Of a stretch of 64,000 nucleotides of DNA, positions 60,539 through 64,000 are shown in pieces; within the stretch, counting starts at the first letter, position 1, and every line of letters starts with the position of its first letter. The stretch lies in the NCBI GenBank assembly GCA_964016885.1, contig OZ024742.1:348006001-348070000 (forward strand). Direction: 5' to 3'. The position numbers and the translations under genes were made by a program. Under the pieces are notes generated by a model. That model made no database searches and was not told where the DNA came from. It saw only the letters and a list, made by a program, of their open reading frames with translations. This DNA is from Eledone cirrhosa. Taxonomy: Eukaryota.

Positions 60539-60725
60539 AGGGCTGGATTAACCATTAATCAAAATAAACTTTTCCTTAGGGCATTAATAGAAGTAGGGCA
60601 CCATTTTATTCAAACCAAATGTATTTTTCATTCCCCTCCCAAATATATTTTGGAGACTTTATATATGGGGGTGGGTGGGATAATCTTTTTATGAGCTCAG
60701 GGCCTCAAAAGGACTTAATCCGGCC
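60539..60725. mobile_element. PIF/Harbinger-like MITE
   Basis: Imperfect TIRs agggctggattaa ... ttaatccggcc. Confidence 0.5.
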
Positions 60726-60736
60726 ATATATATATA

Positions 60737-60802
60737 TATCATCATCATCAACATCATCACCATTTTACGTCCATTCTTCCACGCTAGCATGGGTTAGATG
60801 GG

Positions 60803-60870
<68 letters not shown>

Positions 60871-61705
60871 GGCCGGAGACGTTAAACGATGATGACGATG
60901 ATATAGACATCATATGTGCAAAGTTAACCTACAGTCAGTAGGCCCTTCCAAACCAAACATACATCCAAATCCACAACACCTACTCCACCTTTTCCCTATA
61001 AAGTTATATTGGTACCACAACATCCAGTCCAAACTAATGAGATCATGTAGGTATCACGACAAAAAAACAACACAGTCCACGCTGTAATGTGGTTGTGTAG
61101 GTGTCACAACAACAACAAAAAAAAAGGAAAGAGAGAAGGGAAAAAGAAAAGGGAGAAAAAACAGTCCACGCTGTAATGTGGCTTGTAGGTAACAGGGTAA
61201 AAAGCTCCCAGTCCACACTTTAAATGTGGTTGATGTTAGGAAGGGCATCCAACCATAGAAAAACTGCCAGATAGTCCTATATGAGCGAGATGCGGCCACC
61301 TGACCAATCTTGCCTCAAGTGGGACAACACCCGTTTGACCCATGCTAGCGTGGGAGATAGACGTTAAACGATGATGATAATATATATATCATCATCATCA
61401 TCTCTGTTTAATGTCTATTTTTCCACGCTGGCCTGAGTTAGATGAGTTATCCTGTTGAGAGTAATGCCAGGTCAGGTGACCATATCTTGCTCGTACAGAA
61501 CCGATTTTGGCTTGGTTTCTGCAGCTGGATGCTCTTTCTAGTGCCAACCTCATTTGCAGTGAGTGCTGGGTGTTTTTTTATTGTCACACCACAAACATAT
61601 ATAAGCATCTCTATTTAATGTCTATTTTCCATGCTTGCATGGGATAGATGGGCTGTCATGTACTGGGGTTAGACTGGTCAGGTGACTATGTCCTGCTCAT
61701 AAACT
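60737..61705. mobile_element. Cluster of RTE 3'-UTR/tail fragments in both orientations
   Basis: Repeated (CAT)n/(GAT)n tails with ttaacgtc..ccacgctagcatgggtt and aggaagggcatcca motifs. Confidence 0.7.
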
Positions 61706-62910
61706 CCAGAGGTCTGCAATTACATATAGCTCCATGTTCTACCGAGTGCATTTTATCATGGCATCAGCATTAAGGAGGTTCAGCAGTCCATGCATGCTAG
61801 GCTCCCCTCTCCACACCACCAATGTTGTCCAAGGGAAAGGCAAAGGCCAATGCAGCTTAGCACCAGTGACATTGCAACTTATTTCTACACACACACACAT
61901 ATATGTGTGTGTTTGTAGAAATATTTACTTCTGCATCTACATATGTGTGTGTGTATGTATGTGTGTGTGTGTGACTGCACCTATACTGTGATAAGACTGT
62001 GCCTATATGCAATTATCATTATCTATAAAAGGCAGATTTTTGTGTCTGTATGTATGTTTCAATTTTATACATTTACACGATTCCAAAAATATTGAATGAA
62101 TAATTAAGCAGAATGTTTACAAATATTCTAACTTGGGTCATGGGCGAACTTATTGGGTAAAAAATGCCCCAATTACGGAAAAATCGATTTATTTCAACAA
62201 TCGATGATTTCTCTCTCATATGATATACGTTTCCTATATCTACTCCCTTCATCACCTCCCCTTAAAATTGCTACCTTCTCTTATAAGTGTTTGTGAAAAA
62301 GAGAAACATTGAAAAAAAACATATACACACATATATGTGGGTGCATACACACACATATATGTTGGTATGGTTACGATTGACGTCATAGAAACAGGAACGC
62401 GGGAATTTCAATCAATCAACGCATACACAGTTTGTTTTAGAAATAACAATAGCATATTATGATAAAGAGGGAAAGAGAAACAAACAGACACACTAAAAGA
62501 CGGATATATGTGTGTGTGTTTGTATTAGCGCGTTCAAACTCCATTTCGAAGCTGACTTTCATTTACTAAATTGTAAGTTTTTCAATCGGCCTTACACTTT
62601 CAAACTATATTTTTCTGTATAAGTAACTTTAACCCTTTCTTTTCAACATAAAAATACACACATACATACAAATACCTGTAAATTTTTTTTTGGGGGCCTT
62701 TCTTATCAATCTTTTTACATTCAATTATCAGCCTTATACTTTCAAAGTCAATTTTTATGTTGAAGTAACTTTCACCCTTTATTTTTCGATACCCATTTAC
62801 TTACTAACATTTGTATCACAACAACAATAACAATATTCATAAACAGACAGTAGACTTTCAAAGTCAATTTTTCTGTAGAAGTAACTTTCACCCTTTCTTT
62901 TGGACATAAA

Positions 62911-63639
62911 ATGCCACCTAAAAAGAGAAGTCGCCTCAGTCAACATACCGCGTCAGCAGTGGCGCAAAAGGCTACTATAGCAAACGAGTCCTCTGAGGAA
63001 AATGCTTCAAGACTTTCACAGACAGCCTTACATTCAGCAGAATGTCGAGCCGCTGAAAGTTTCCAACAGCGCACCGCACGCCTAGCCAAAATGGCTTCAT
63101 ACCAGGCTTCTTCCAGGGCTTCAGAGAGCCATGAACAAAGATCGAAGCGCCTGGCTAGAAACGCTGCAACTAATGCTGCTTCCAGGTCTTTGGAACGTTT
63201 AAAACAACAGACGGTTCGCCTTCCTACGAACGCTGCGGCTATGACTACTTCCATGGCTTCTGAAGATGCAGATGGGCGGTCCATTAGCATTGCAAATGTT
63301 GCTTCTGCTATTGCTGCCAGACCTTCCCACCAACCACATGACCAATGTTCTACGTTCAAGCGTAACAGTCGACGGCGAGAAGCTGCACGCGGTGTGACGA
63401 GCCCCAACAGCCCTTACTGGCACCTACGGGCTTTCAAGTATGAGCAAAACGTTAATTACTCGATGCGCTCTGACATAAATATAGGCGAGATGCGCTTCAA
63501 TTGCCAATTCTGCAATGCTACAAAGTGGGCTGGGGAGCCACCTGCAATGTGCTGCTTAAACGGTAAGGTCACCTTGCCCCCTCTTCCGGAACCGCCAGAG
63601 CCTTTGAAGGAACTACTGACTGGTTATACCTCAAGGTAA
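62911..63639 (+). pseudogene. Helitron Rep/Hel N-terminal fragment
   Basis: MPPKKR start, ESxEQRxxRL repeats, and IGEMRFNCQFCNATKWAGEPPAMCCLNGKVTLPPLPEPPEPLKELL, typical of Helitron N-termini. Confidence 0.85.
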
Positions 63640-63673
63640 AAAACAAAAACCCCTGATCCCCCCAATAAAAAAC

Positions 63674-64000
63674 GATCCTGGGGGTACCGGAAAAACTTTT
63701 GTAACGAATTTGATTCTCGCTAAGATTCGTAAGGAGAAAAAAGTTGCGTTGTCCGTTGCATCGTCCGGGATCGCTGCTACTTTGCTGCCGGGAGGCAGGA
63801 CAGCACATTCAACTTTTAAACTCCCTTTGGATTTAGTAAAAACTGAGACACCAACATGCAATATCAGCAAGAGTTCACACAAAGCTATGGTTCTCAAAAT
63901 ATGTTGCCTCATTGTTTGGGATGAGTGCACAATGGAACACAAGGGTGCCCTTGAGGCATTGGACAAGGCCCGGAAAGACATTAGGGATTCTACGGCTCCT
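63674..64000 (+). pseudogene. Helitron PIF1-family helicase fragment
   Basis: Open frame DPGGTGKTF (Walker A), VASSGIAATLLPGGRTAHSTFKLP and LIVWDECTM (Walker B). Confidence 0.9.

Larger units (their letters stand above)
62022..64000 (+). mobile_element. Helitron, 5' part, internally deleted (runs off the window)
   Basis: 5' A|TCTATA at 62022; three ~55-bp subrepeats upstream of the ORF; Rep/Hel N-terminus followed almost immediately by the PIF1 helicase. Confidence 0.85.

Noticed and set aside
40694-60555. ORFs up to 2107 aa rich in C/V/S/L on the - strand
   Set aside because: The 20-bp monomer lacks stops in all three - frames; this is a satellite artefact.
37431-64000. PHM exon 8 and later (CuM HxH/Met, PAL domain)
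   Set aside because: Not found by eye in the non-repetitive intervals; presumed downstream of the window.

Overview
Eukaryotic, extremely repeat-rich animal DNA. An octopus/cephalopod origin is inferred from the repeat landscape and not proven. The only host gene I can support is the 5' half of a + strand peptidylglycine alpha-hydroxylating monooxygenase (PHM/PAM) gene. It has 7 phase-compatible GT-AG coding exons at 27026-37430, encoding a signal peptide and the CuH ligands (HH and LQVHY); the CuM exons are not found in the window. The rest is (TA)n-derived micro/minisatellites, a 200-N gap, 5'-truncated RTE LINEs with a PHD finger inside the RT, a stack of Tx1/L1-like LINE copies in a (CTAT)n tract, CR1 tails, tRNA-derived SINEs, a non-autonomous Helitron, an internally deleted Helitron, and a ~19.7 kb intronic 20-bp satellite with kb-scale higher-order repeats. 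The main hunt results are three. First, an intact minimal type I hammerhead ribozyme at 13378-13440. Second, a recurring set of fold-back palindromes (14180, 14384, 17074, 21788, 34921) that keep only the 3' half of a hammerhead; four of them share a tail motif, pointing to Penelope-like pLTR relics folded back at the ribozyme. Third, a near-perfect 191-bp inverted repeat 42 nt upstream of a PHM exon.
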